Below the pieces are notes generated by a model. It saw only the letters and a program-made list of their open reading frames with translations. It was not told the origin of the DNA and did no database searches. 64,000 nt of DNA from Macrostomum hystrix. Its lineage: Eukaryota; Animalia; Platyhelminthes. Positions 49,110 through 61,795 of this stretch are shown here, piece by piece (position 1 is the first letter of the stretch; each line of letters begins with the position of its first letter). The position numbers and the translations under genes were made by a program. Location: positions 5,580,001 through 5,644,000 of the forward strand of contig CATNEN010000034.1 of the NCBI GenBank assembly GCA_950097015.1, read 5' to 3'.

Positions 49110-49871
49110 CGCCAGCCTCTCTCTTTCTTCTATCCCAGGCTGGCTGGAGAGAAATATCGCCCTGCGCACTGTGACGCCACCGCACTCAGTCTCAGTGCTG
49201 CTTGGGGGCCAGTAGACAGTCTAGGGGTTTGGGCTGTGTACATTCACGGCTTGAAATACAATGTACAGTCTGGGGCTTCGGCGCCCGGGGAAGGGAGGGG
49301 GTGGCTGTAATAAAATTTGGCCCGCAGAGTGGCGGAGGGGAGTTGGGGTGGCTGTCCTCGGAAAACAAAAAGTGACTCACTTTGAGATGATGCAGCTTTG
49401 CTCTGGATTGAGTAGAGATGTTCAAAATTGACAGCATTGTTGGAAAACATGTAAAGTGTAAGTGGATCAAATTTGGAGAAAATCTGACAAAGTGGGGCGA
49501 CGATATGTCGAATTGAGTGATTTTTTGACGATTTTTGAGCAGTTTTTTGCACTTTTGAGCAGGAAGGAAATGATTTTTCGGGAATTTGAGTAGCCTATTG
49601 CACTCAGCGTAGGTGGTTTTAGGTATGTGCAAAGTTTGGTGCGATTTGGTTGAGCGGTTTCGGCGTCTATAAAGACAAAAGGTTGCACACAGACAGACAG
49701 ACAGACAGAGTTTTCACTTTTATATACTAGCTTTTTTGCCCGTTGTTTTTGGGGCAGAAATTTAAAGCAAAGCAGTAAGCAATTCACGTCTCTGTATTAA
49801 CTTTATAGTGAAGGTCACCATTTATTTATTTACTGCATTAATGAAAAGTGAAGAGTTTGTTTAAGGGCGTA

Positions 49872-51457
49872 CTGGCTCTGACAGCCAGTCAACGTCAGCA
49901 TATCGAACCATCAGGTTCGGGTAAACTTTTGCCTTGAGCTCCTGCACTGACTGCACAATGGTTCCGATTGTAGCGATCGATGACTGCCCATTCTCTGTGC
50001 TAATCTCCAGCAGACCATTGCCGATTCGCAATAGATTGGCAGAGAACTCATGAGCTGTTTCGTCTCCTTGAATTGTAGCTCTCATGTTTGTTCGTAGGTG
50101 CAACTTCACAACCGATGGCCACAGGTGAGATGATTTTAGGAAAGCATTAATCTCATCAGCAGGAGTGCCTCGCGGAATCACAGGCAGCGTCTGTCTAAAG
50201 TCTCCAGACAGCAGCAGAGTGACACCACCCATCAGTTGATTGCTATTGCGCAGGTCTTTCAAAGTTAAGTTGAGTGCTTCAAATGCCAGTTTGTGGGACA
50301 TGGTACACTCATCCCAGACGATAAGCTTGCAAGCCTGAAGCACTCTGGCAGTGCCTGTGTTTTTCTTGATGTTGCACAGCGGATTCTCCGCTCAAGACAG
50401 ATCAAGCGGCAACTTCAGTGCTGAGTGGGCAGTGCGACCGCCTGGCAGCAAGGTGGCTGTAATTCCAGAGGAAGCTACAGCAATGGCAACGTCGCCTCGT
50501 TGCCTGACCTTTGCCAGAAGGAGGTTGATTAGAAATTTTTTTCCTGTGCCACCTGGAGCATCAAGAAAAACCATGCCACCAACGTTGTTGTTGACTCTGC
50601 GCAATAGCTCGCGGTACGCCTCTAGCTGCTCAGGCATGAGTCGGGGCTCATTCTCCTCTATGAACTGTCCCAGCTGCTCCTGGTCATCCAGCTCTTCCAG
50701 CAGTCCCAGTCGCTGACATGCTTCATGAAAAGTTTGGCAGGTATGGCCTTCCACCGTTCTAATGTGTCTAAATGACGTCGGACCAATCACGGTGTGTAGC
50801 AGGTAGTAGCATTCACTGTGGTTTGGGTGCACCGTGTACTCTGGCTAATGCATCAGTCTGTCGTATTTCAGGATGGCCTGGAACTGCAGCGCCTTGAACC
50901 CGCCGCTTCCATCCTTTCGAAGAGGCGTTCCATGTGTAATAGGCAGGCACCTGGTGGTACAGCAAAGTCCTGGCAAAGGGGTCTTCAGCGCACAACTTGA
51001 AGAAAGCAGTAAGAGTAGTGTCCTGTGGCCTTTGAGCACGCTGCTGGATGTTCTCCTCCGTAAAGTATACTCTCTGACCGTTTTCCAGGTGCACACTGAG
51101 GTGCATGACAGTTGGGTGGCGTTCATGAATAGAGAATCCGAAGATTCGCCACATTGCCTCGTTAGAGCTGATACCTTCCGCTCTTGAAGCGATTGACTTC
51201 GTCAAATTCGTTTACTATGCCTCCAGGTCCCTCAATGTTGAACACTGCTTGGTCGCTACCCTTGCAGTACTCAACGTTGATGTGTGGATTGAACACCTTG
51301 GACAGTAGCGGGCAGTAGGGAACGACCCATCTGTTGTCCAGATCGATCTCTTCATTCCCATGGCTGCATAGAATAATGCGAGTGGTAAAGCCGCCATCCT
51401 CACGTGATCTCCGTCGATACAGCGGATAACCGTCTTGTATTTTAGCAAAGCACTGTA
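49872..51457 (-). pseudogene. Helitron RepHel middle fragment (end of Rep to helicase motifs I-III), unit 2, with multiple deletions
   Basis: DGYPLYRRR, DNRWVVPYCPLLS, HINVEYC, SSNEAMWRIFGF, DAPGGTGKKFL, VASSGITATLL, IVWDECTM, GDFRQTLPV. Confidence 0.9.
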
Positions 51458-52769
51458 CGCCAGCCTCTCTCTTTCTTCTATCCCAGGCTGGCTGGAGAGA
51501 AATATTGACCGGAGAGCCCTGCGCACTGGGACGCCACCGCACTCACCGCACTCAGTCTCAGTGCTGCTTGGGGGCCAGTAGACAGTCTAGGGGTTTGGGC
51601 TGTGTACATTCACGGCTTGAAATGCAATGTACAGTCTGGGGCTTCGGCGCCCGGGGAAGGGAGGGGGTGGCTGTATTAAAATTTGGCCCGCAGAGTGGCG
51701 GAGGGGAGTTGGGGTGGCTGTCCTCGGAAAACAAAAAGTGACTCACTTTGAGATGATGCAGCTTTGCTCTGGATTGAGTAGAGATGTTCAAAATTGACAG
51801 CATTGTTGGAAAACATGTAAAGTGTAAGTGGATCAAATTTGGAGAAAATCTGACAAAGTGGGGCGACGATATGTCGAATTGAGTGATTTTTTGACGATTT
51901 TTGAGCAGTTTTTTGCACTTTTGAGCAGGAAGGAAATGATTTTTCGGGAATTTGAGTAGCCTATTGCACTCAGCGTAGGTGGTTTTAGGTATGTGCAAAG
52001 TTTGGTGCGATTTGGTTGAGCGGTTTCGGCGTCTATAAAGACAAAAGGTTGCACACAGACAGACAGACAGACAGACAGAGTTTTCACTTTTATATATATA
52101 GACTAGCTTTTTTTGCCCGTTGTTTTTGGGGCAGAAATTTAAAGCAAAGCATGCAGTAAGCAATTCACGTCTCTGTATTAACTTTATAGTGAAGGTCACC
52201 ATTTATTTATTTACTGCAATAATGAAAAGTGAAGAGTTTGTTTAAGGGCGTTTTAAGTAAAAAATAAGTGAAAAGTTTGTCCAAACAGCCCCCTCTTGAT
52301 TACTTCTTTAGAAACATGTCTCTTAGCCACTCCTCTATACAGTCAGTGGCAGATCCAGGAATTTTGTTTTGGGGCGGTCTGTCAGGGGAGCACCATGAGA
52401 ATCACAGAGGGGGTGCCAGCAGCCGAAAAAGGGCGCCAGGAGCCAAGAAAGGGCGCCAGCGGCTGAAAAACGGGAGCCAGCGGCTGAAAAAGGGGCGCCA
52501 GCGGCCAGAAGGGGCGCCAGTGCTGCGACTGGCGCCCCTGGTGGGGGCATCTTATTCCCATTATTAAAATTTAGGGCGGCGACTGCCCCCCCACCCCCCC
52601 CCCTAAATCTGCCTCTGTATACTGTATGCATGTACACACGTATACATTAGGAAAATAGCCATGGCACAACAATAACAATGTCAAAGAAACAAAATTAAAC
52701 TGTTTCAGAATTCAGAGTTAGACAGGTCAAGGTCAATTCGTGACTACTTTTCTATTAATTGCTTGCGAG

Positions 52770-53380
52770 TCACCTCAAGGCCTGGGGATACACCACATTC
52801 TTCGTTCTTCCCCTTGGTGCGAAAATGAATAGGCCAGCTGGAGTTCCAACACGGGAGCAGGCGACATAAAGCTGCCCATGCGAGAAGCAAGGAGTCTCCA
52901 GGTTGATGCCAGCCACCTTCAGCGACTGTCCCTGAGCCTTGTTAATAGTCATCGCAAAGCACACTCTCACAGGGAGCTGCAGTCGCTTGAACTGAAATGG
53001 CAGGTCCGTGGGGATAATCCGGGGAACAAACACAGACTCTCCTCTGCCAGATCCAGTCATTATCGTGGCCTCAATCACGTGTGGGAAGAGCCGCCTGACT
53101 ATCAGTCTGGTGCCGTTACACAGCCTTGGCGCATTCAGGTTGCGGAGGAGCATAATTGGTGCCCCAACTTTCAGCTGCAAGTTGTGCGATGGAGTTCCAG
53201 GAGGATCTAGAGAGTTCAGAAACTCAACAGGATACTCCACAGCGGTGTCATCAGTCAACGTTGTATCAATTGACTTGTAGGTGAAAACTGCACCTGGCAA
53301 CTCCTGAAGCAGTTGGTAGTTAATTTCGTTGGCGGCATCATTTCTAGGACACAGAACTGCCCTCTCTGACAGCCAGTCAA
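52770..53380 (-). pseudogene. Helitron helicase C-terminal fragment (unit 3)
   Basis: Same sequence as unit 1 from VDWLSERA to VVYPQALR*. Confidence 0.88.
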
Positions 53381-54675
53381 CGCCAGCCTCTCTCTTTCTT
53401 CTATCCCAGGCTGGCTGGAGAGAAATATCGACCGGAGAGCCCTGCGCACTGGGACGCCACCGCACTCACCGCACTCAGTCTCAGTGCTGCTTGGGGGCCA
53501 GTAGACAGTCTAGGGGTTTGGGCTGTGTACATTCACGGCTTGAAATACAATGTACAGTCTGGGGCTTCGGCGCCCGGGGAAGGGAGGGGGTGGCTGTAAT
53601 AAAATTTGGCCCGCAGAGTGGCGGAGGGGAGTTGGGGTGGCTGTCCTCGGAAAACAAAAAGTGACTCACTTTGAGATGATGCAGCTTTGCTCTGGATTGA
53701 GTAGAGATGTTCAAAATTGACAGCATTGTTGGAAAACATGTAAAGTGTAAGTGGATCAAATTTGGAGAAAATCTGACAAAGTGGGGCGACGATATGTCGA
53801 ATTGAGTGATTTTTTGACGATTTTTGAGCAGTTTTTTGCACTTTTGAGCAGGAAGGAAATGATTTTTCGGGAATTTGAGTAGCCTATTGCACTCAGCGTA
53901 GGTGGTTTTAGGTATGTGCAAAGTTTGGTGCGATTTGGTTGAGCGGTTTCGGCGTCTATAAAGACAAAAGGTTGCACACAGACAGACAGACAGACAGAGT
54001 TTTCACTTTTATATACTAGCTTTTTTGCCCGTTGTTTTTGGGGCAGAAATTTAAAGCAAAGCAGTAAGCAATTCACGTCTCTGTATTAACTTTATAGTGA
54101 AGGTCACCATTTATTTATTTACTGCATTAATGAAAAGTGAAGAGTTTGTTTAAGGGCGTTTTAAGTAAAAAATAAGTGAAAAGTTTGTCCAAACAGCCCC
54201 CTCTTGATTACTTCTTTAGAAACATGTCTCTTAGCCACTCCTCTATACAGTCAGTGGCAGATCCAGGAATTTTGTTTTGGGGCGGTCTGTCAGGGGAGCG
54301 CCATGAGAATCACAGAGGGGGTGCCAGCGGCCGAAAAAGGGCGCCAGGAGCCAAGAAAGGGCGCCAGCGGCTGAAAAACGGGAGCCAGCGGCTGAAAAAG
54401 GGGCGCCAGCGGCCGAAAAGGGGCGCCAGTGCTGCGACTGGCGCCCCTGGTGGGGGCATCTTATTCCCATGATTAAAATTTAGGGGGGCAACTGCCCCCC
54501 CGCCCCCCCTAAATCTGCCTCTGTATACAGTATGCATGTGCATGCGTATACATAAGGAAAATAGCCATGGCATAACAATAACAATGTCAAAGAAACAAAA
54601 TTAAACTGTTTCAGAGTTCAGAGTTAGACAGGTCAAGGTCAATTCGTGACTACTTTTCTATTAATTGCTTGCGAG

Positions 54676-55340
54676 TCACCTCAAGGCCTGGGGATACACC
54701 ACATTCTTCGTTCTTCCCCTTGGTGCGAAAATGAATAGGCCAGCTGGAGTTCCAACACGGGAGCAGGCGACATAAAGCTGCCCATGCGAGAAGCAAGGAG
54801 TCTCCAGGTTGATGCCAGCCACCTTCAGCGACTGTCCCTGAGCCTTGTTAATAGTCATCGCAAAGCACACTCTCACAGGGAACTGCAGTCGCTTGAACTG
54901 AAATGGCAGGTCCGTGGGGATAATTGGAATCTGGGGAACGAACACAGACTCTCCTCTGCCAGATCCAGTCATTATCGTGGCCTCAATCACGTGTGGGAAG
55001 AGCCGCCTGACTATCAGTCTGGTGCCGTTACACAGCCTTGGCGCATTCAGGTTGCGGAGGAGCATAATTGGTGCCCCAACTTTCAGCTGCAAGTTGTGCG
55101 ATGGAGTTCCAGGAGGATCTAGAGAGTTCAGAAACTCAACAGGATACTCCACAGCGGTGTCATCAGTCAACGTTGTATCAATTGACTTGTAGGTGAAAAC
55201 TGCACCTGGCAACTCCTGAAGCAGTTGGTAGTTAATTTCGTTGGCGGCATCATTTCTAGGACACAGAATTGCCCTCTCTGACAGCCAGTCAACGTCAGCA
55301 TATCGAACCATCAGGTTCGGGTAAACTTTTGCCTTGAGCT
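54676..55340 (-). pseudogene. Helitron helicase C-terminal fragment (unit 4)
   Basis: LKAKVYPNLMVRY to VVYPQALR*, fused to a duplicated 5' arm. Confidence 0.88.
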
Positions 55341-56735
55341 TTTTTGACGATTTTTTGAGCAGTTTTTTGCACTTTTGAGCAGGAAGGAAATGATTTTTCG
55401 GGAATTTGAGTAGCCTATTGCACTCAGCGTAGGTGGTTTTAGGTATGTGCAAAGTTTGGTGCGATTTGGTTGAGCGGTTTCGGCGTCTATAAAGACAAAA
55501 GACAGACACTGGGACGCCACCGCACTCACCGCACTCAGTCTCAGTGCTGCTTGGGGGCCAGTAGACAGTTTAGGGGTTTGGGCTGTGTACATTCACGGCT
55601 TGAAATACAATGTACAGTCTGGGGCTTCGGCGCCCGGGGAAGGGAGGGGGTGGCTGTAATAAAATTTGGCCCGCAGAGTGGCGGAGGGGAGTTGGGGTGG
55701 CTGTCCTCGGAAAACAAAAAGTGACTCACTTTGAGATGATGCAGCTTTGCTCTGGATTGAGTAGAGATGTTCAAAATTGACAGCATTGTTGGAAAACATG
55801 TAAAGTGTAAGTGGATCAAATTTGGAGAAAATCTGACAAAGTGGGGCGACGATATGTCGAATTGAGTGATTTTTTGACGATTTTTGAGCAGTTTTTTTGC
55901 ACTTTTGAGCAGGAAGGAAATGATTTTTCGGGAATTTGAGTAGCCTATTGCACTCAGCGTAGGTGGTTTTAGGTATGTGCAAAGTTTGGTGCGATTTGGT
56001 TGAGCGGTTTCGGCGTCTATAAAGACAAAAGGTTGCACACAGACAGACAGACAGACAGAGTTTTCACTTTTATATACTAGCTTTTTTGCCCGTTGTTTTT
56101 GGGGCAGAAATTTAAAGCAAAGCAGTAAGCAATTCACGTCTCTGTATTAACTTTATAGTGAAGGTCACCATTTATTTATTTACTGCATTAATGAAAGTGA
56201 AGAGTTTGTTTAAGGGCGTTTTAAGTAAAAAATAAGTGAAAAGTTTGTCCAAACAGCCCCCTCTTGATTACTTCTTTAGAAACATGTCTCTTAGCCACTC
56301 CTCTATACAGTCAGTGGCAGATCCAGGAATTTTGTTTTGGGGCGGTCTGTCAGGGGAGCGCCATGAGAATCACAGAGGGGGTGCCAGCGGCCGAAAAAGG
56401 GCGCCAGGAGCCAAGAAAGGGCGCCAGCGGCTGAAAAACGGGAGCCAGCGGCTGAAAAAGGGGCGCCAGCGGCCGAAAAGGGGCGCCAGTGCTGCGACTG
56501 GCGCCCCTGGTGGGGGCATCTTATTCCCATGATTAAAATTTAGGGGGGCAACTGCCCCCCCGCCCCCCCTAAATCTGCCTCTGTATACAGTATGCATGTG
56601 CATGCGTATACATAAGGAAAATAGCCATGGCATAACAATAACAATGTCAAAGAAACAAAATTAAACTGTTTCAGAGTTCAGAGTTAGACAGGTCAAGGTC
56701 AATTCGTGACTACTTTTCTATTAATTGCTTGCGAG

Positions 56736-57400
56736 TCACCTCAAGGCCTGGGGATACACCACATTCTTCGTTCTTCCCCTTGGTGCGAAAATGAATAGGC
56801 CAGCTGGAGTTCCAACACGGGAGCAGGCGACATAAAGCTGCCCATGCGAGAAGCAAGGAGTCTCCAGGTTGATGCCAGCCACCTTCAGCGACTGTCCCTG
56901 AGCCTTGTTAATAGTCATCGCAAAGCACACTCTCACAGGGAACTGCAGTCGCTTGAACTGAAATGGCAGGTCCGTGGGGATAATTGGAATCCGGGGAACG
57001 AACACAGACTCTCCTCTGCCAGATCCAGTCATTATCGTGGCCTCAATCACGTGTGGGAAGAGCCGCCTGACTATCAGTCTGGTGCCGTTACACAGCCTTG
57101 GCGCATTCAGGTTGCGGAGGAGCATAATTGGTGCCCCAACTTTCAGCTGCAAGTTGTGCGATGGAGTTCCAGGAGGATCTAGAGAGTTCAGAAACTCAAC
57201 AGGATACTCCACAGCGGTGTCATCAGTCAACGTTGTATCAATTGACTTGTAGGTGAAAACTGCACCTGGCAACTCCTGAAGCAGTTGGTAGTTAATTTCG
57301 TTGGCGGCATCATTTCTAGGACACAGAATTGCCCTCTCTGACAGCCAGTCAACGTCAGCATATCGAACCATCAGGTTCGGGTAAACTTTTGCCTTGAGCT
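56736..57400 (-). pseudogene. Helitron helicase C-terminal fragment (unit 5, near-copy of unit 4)
   Basis: Same breakpoints as unit 4, offset ~2,060 bp. Confidence 0.88.
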
Positions 57401-58281
57401 TTTTTGACGATTTTTGAGCAGTTTTTTTGCACTTTTGAGCAGGAAGGAAATGATTTTTTCGGGAATTTGAGTAGCCTATTGCACTCAGCGTAGGTGGTTT
57501 TAGGTATGTGCAAAGTTTGGTGCGATTTGGTTGAGCGGTTTCGGCGTCTATAAAGACAAAAGACAGACACTGGGACGCCACCGCACTCACCGCACTCAGT
57601 CTCAGTGCTGCTTGGGGGCCAGTAGACAGTTTAGGGGTTTGGGCTGTGTACATTCACGGCTTGAAATACAATGTACAGTCTGGGGCTTCGGCGCCCGGGG
57701 AAGGGAGGGGGTGGCTGTAATAAAATTTGGCCCGCAGAGTGGCGGAGGGGAGTTGGGGTGGCTGTCCTCGGAAAACAAAAAGTGACTCACTTTGAGATGA
57801 TGCAGCTTTGCTCTGGATTGAGTAGAGATGTTCAAAATTGACAGCATTGTTGGAAAACATGTAAAGTGTAAGTGGATCAAATTTGGAGAAAATCTGACAA
57901 AGTGGGGCGACGATATGTCGAATTGAGTGATTTTTTGACGATTTTTGAGCAGTTTTTTGCACTTTTGAGCAGGAAGGAAATGATTTTTCGGGAATTTGAG
58001 TAGCCTATTGCACTCAGCGTAGGTGGTTTTAGGTATGTGCAAAGTTTGGTGCGATTTGGTTGAGCGGTTTCGGCGTCTATAAAGACAAAAGGTTGCACAC
58101 AGACAGACAGACAGACAGAGTTTTCACTTTTATATACTAGCTTTTTTGCCCGTTGTTTTTGGGGCAGAAATTTAAAGCAAAGCAGTAAGCAATTCACGTC
58201 TCTGTATTAACTTTATAGTGAAGGTCACCATTTATTTATTTACTGCATGAATGAAAAGTGAAGAGTTTGTTTAAGGGCGTA

Positions 58282-59867
58282 CTGGCTCTGACAGCCAGTC
58301 AACGTCAGCATATCGAACCATCAGGTTCGGGTAAACTTTTGCCTTGAGCTCCTGCACTGACTGCACAATGGTTCCGATTGTAGCGATCGATGACTGCCCA
58401 TTCTCTGTGCTAATCTCCAGCAGACCATTGCCGATTCGCAATAGATTGGCAGAGAACTCATGAGCTGTTTCGTCTCCTTGAATTGTAGCTCTCATGTTTG
58501 TTCGTAGGTGCAACTTCACAACCGATGGCCACAGGTGAGATGATTTTAGGAAAGCATTAATCTCATCAGCAGGAGTGCCTCGCGGAATCACAGGCAGCGT
58601 CTGTCTAAAGTCTCCAGACAGCAGCAGAGTGACACCACCCATCAGTTGATTGCTATTGCGCAGGTCTTTCAAAGTTAAGTTGAGTGCTTCAAATGCCAGT
58701 TTGTGGGACATGGTACACTCATCCCAGACGATAAGCTTGCAAGCCTGAAGCACTCTGGCAGTGCCTGTGTTTTTCTTGATGTTGCACAGCGGATTCTCCG
58801 CTCAAGACAGATCAAGCGGCAACTTCAGTGCTGAGTGGGCAGTGCGACCGCCTGGCAGCAAGGTGGCTGTAATTCCAGAGGAAGCTACAGCAATGGCAAC
58901 GTCGCCTCGTTGCCTGACCTTTGCCAGAAGGAGGTTGATTAGAAATTTTTTTCCTGTGCCACCTGGAGCATCAAGAAAAACCATGCCACCAACGTTGTTG
59001 TTGACTCTGCGCAATAGCTCGCGGTACGCCTCTAGCTGCTCAGGCATGAGTCGGGGCTCATTCTCCTCTATGAACTGTCCCAGCTGCTCCTGGTCATCCA
59101 GCTCTTCCAGCAGTCCCAGTCGCTGACATGCTTCATGAAAAGTTTGGCAGGTATGGCCTTCCACCGTTCTAATGTGTCTAAATGACGTCGGACCAATCAC
59201 GGTGTGTAGCAGGTAGTAGCATTCACTGTGGTTTGGGTGCACCGTGTACTCTGGCTAATGCATCAGTCTGTCGTATTTCAGGATGGCCTGGAACTGCAGC
59301 GCCTTGAACCCGCCGCTTCCATCCTTTCGAAGAGGCGTTCCATGTGTAATAGGCAGGCACCTGGTGGTACAGCAAAGTCCTGGCAAAGGGGTCTTCAGCG
59401 CACAACTTGAAGAAAGCAGTAAGAGTAGTGTCCTGTGGCCTTTGAGCACGCTGCTGGATGTTCTCCTCCGTAAAGTATACTCTCTGACCGTTTTCCAGGT
59501 GCACACTGAGGTGCATGACAGTTGGGTGGCGTTCATGAATAGAGAATCCGAAGATTCGCCACATTGCCTCGTTAGAGCTGATACCTTCCGCTCTTGAAGC
59601 GATTGACTTCGTCAAATTCGTTTACTATGCCTCCAGGTCCCTCAATGTTGAACACTGCTTGGTCGCTACCCTTGCAGTACTCAACGTTGATGTGTGGATT
59701 GAACACCTTGGACAGTAGCGGGCAGTAGGGAACGACCCATCTGTTGTCCAGATCGATCTCTTCATTCCCATGGCTGCATAGAATAATGCGAGTGGTAAAG
59801 CCGCCATCCTCACGTGATCTCCGTCGATACAGCGGATAACCGTCTTGTATTTTAGCAAAGCACTGTA
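58282..59867 (-). pseudogene. Helitron RepHel middle fragment (unit 6, near-copy of unit 2)
   Basis: Same translations and deletions as 49872-51457, offset 8,410 bp. Confidence 0.9.
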
Positions 59868-61178
59868 CGCCAGCCTCTCTCTTTCTTCTATCCCAGGCTG
59901 GCTGGAGAGAAATATTGACCGGAGAGCCCTGCGCACTGGGACGCCACCGCACTCACCGCACTCAGTCTCAGTGCTGCTTGGGGGCCAGTAGACAGTCTAG
60001 GGGTTTGGGCTGTGTACATTCACGGCTTGAAATGCAATGTACAGTCTGGGGCTTCGGCGCCCGGGGAAGGGAGGGGGTGGCTGTATTAAAATTTGGCCCG
60101 CAGAGTGGCGGAGGGGAGTTGGGGTGGCTGTCCTCGGAAAACAAAAAGTGACTCACTTTGAGATGATGCAGCTTTGCTCTGGATTGAGTAGAGATGTTCA
60201 AAATTGACAGCATTGTTGGAAAACATGTAAAGTGTAAGTGGATCAAATTTGGAGAAAATCTGACAAAGTGGGGCGACGATATGTCGAATTGAGTGATTTT
60301 TTGACGATTTTTGAGCAGTTTTTTGCACTTTTGAGCAGGAAGGAAATGATTTTTCGGGAATTTGAGTAGCCTATTGCACTCAGCGTAGGTGGTTTTAGGT
60401 ATGTGCAAAGTTTGGTGCGATTTGGTTGAGCGGTTTCGGCGTCTATAAAGACAAAAGGTTGCACACAGACAGACAGACAGACAGACAGAGTTTTCACTTT
60501 TATATATATAGATACTAGCTTTTTTTGCCCGTTGTTTTTGGGGCAGAAATTGAAAGCAAAGCAGTAAGCAATTCACGTCTCTGTATTAACTTTATAGTGA
60601 AGGTCACCATTTATTTATTTACTGCATTAATGAAAAGTGAAGAGTTTGTTTAAGGGCGTTTTAAGTAAAAAATAAGTGAAAAGTTTGTCCAAACAGCCCC
60701 CTCTTGATTACTTCTTTAGAAACATGTCTCTTAGCCACTCCTCTATACAGTCAGTGGCAGATCCAGGAATTTTGTTTTGGGGCGGTCTGTCAGGGGAGCG
60801 CCATGAGAATCACAGAGGGGGTGCCAGCAGCCGAAAAAGGGCGCCAGGAGCCAAGAAAGGGCGCCAGCGGCTGAAAAACGGGAGCCAGCGGCTGAAAAAG
60901 GGGCGCCAGCGGCCGAAAAGGGGTGCCAGTTCTGCGACTGGCGCCCCTGGTGGGGGCATCTTATTCCCATGATTAAAATTTTGGGGGGGGCGACTGCCCC
61001 CCGCCCCCCCCCTAAATCTGCCTCTGTATACAGTATGCATGTACACGCGTATACATAAGGAAAATAGCCATGGCATAACAATAACAATGTCAAAGAAACA
61101 AAATTAAACTGTTTCAGAGTTCAGAGTTAGACAGGTCAAGGTCAATTCGTGACTACTTTTCTATTAATTGCTTGCGAG

Positions 61179-61795
61179 TCACCTCAAGGCCTGGGGATAC
61201 ACCACATTCTTCGTTCTTCCCCTTGGTGCGAAAATGAATAGGCCAGCTGGAGTTCCAACACGGGAGCAGGCGACATAAAGCTGCCCATGCGAGAAGCAAG
61301 GAGTCTCCAGGTTGATGCCAGCCACCTTCAGCGACTGTCCCTGAGCCTTGTTAATAGTCATCGCAAAGCACACTCTCACAGGGAACTGCAGTCGCTTGAA
61401 CTGAAATGGCAGGTCCGTGGGGATAATTGGAATCCGGGGAACGAACACAGACTCTCCTCTGCCAGATCCAGTCATTATCGTGGCCTCAATCACGTGTGGG
61501 AAGAGCCGCCTGACTATCAGTCTGGTGCCGTTACACAGCCTTGGCGCATTCAGGTTGCGGAGGAGCATAATTGGTGCCCCAACTTTCAGCTGCAAGTTGT
61601 GCGATGGAGTTCCAGGAGGATCTAGAGAGTTCAGAAACTCAACAGGATACTCCACAGCGGTGTCATCAGTAAACGTTGTATCAATTGACTTGTAGGTGAA
61701 AACTGCACCTGGCAACTCCTGAAGCAGTTGGTAGTTAATTTCGTTGGCGGCATCATTTCTAGGACACAGAATTGCCCTCTCTGACAGCCAGTCAA
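61179..61795 (-). pseudogene. Helitron helicase C-terminal fragment (unit 7, same breakpoint as unit 3)
   Basis: VDWLSERAIL to VVYPQALR*. Confidence 0.88.
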
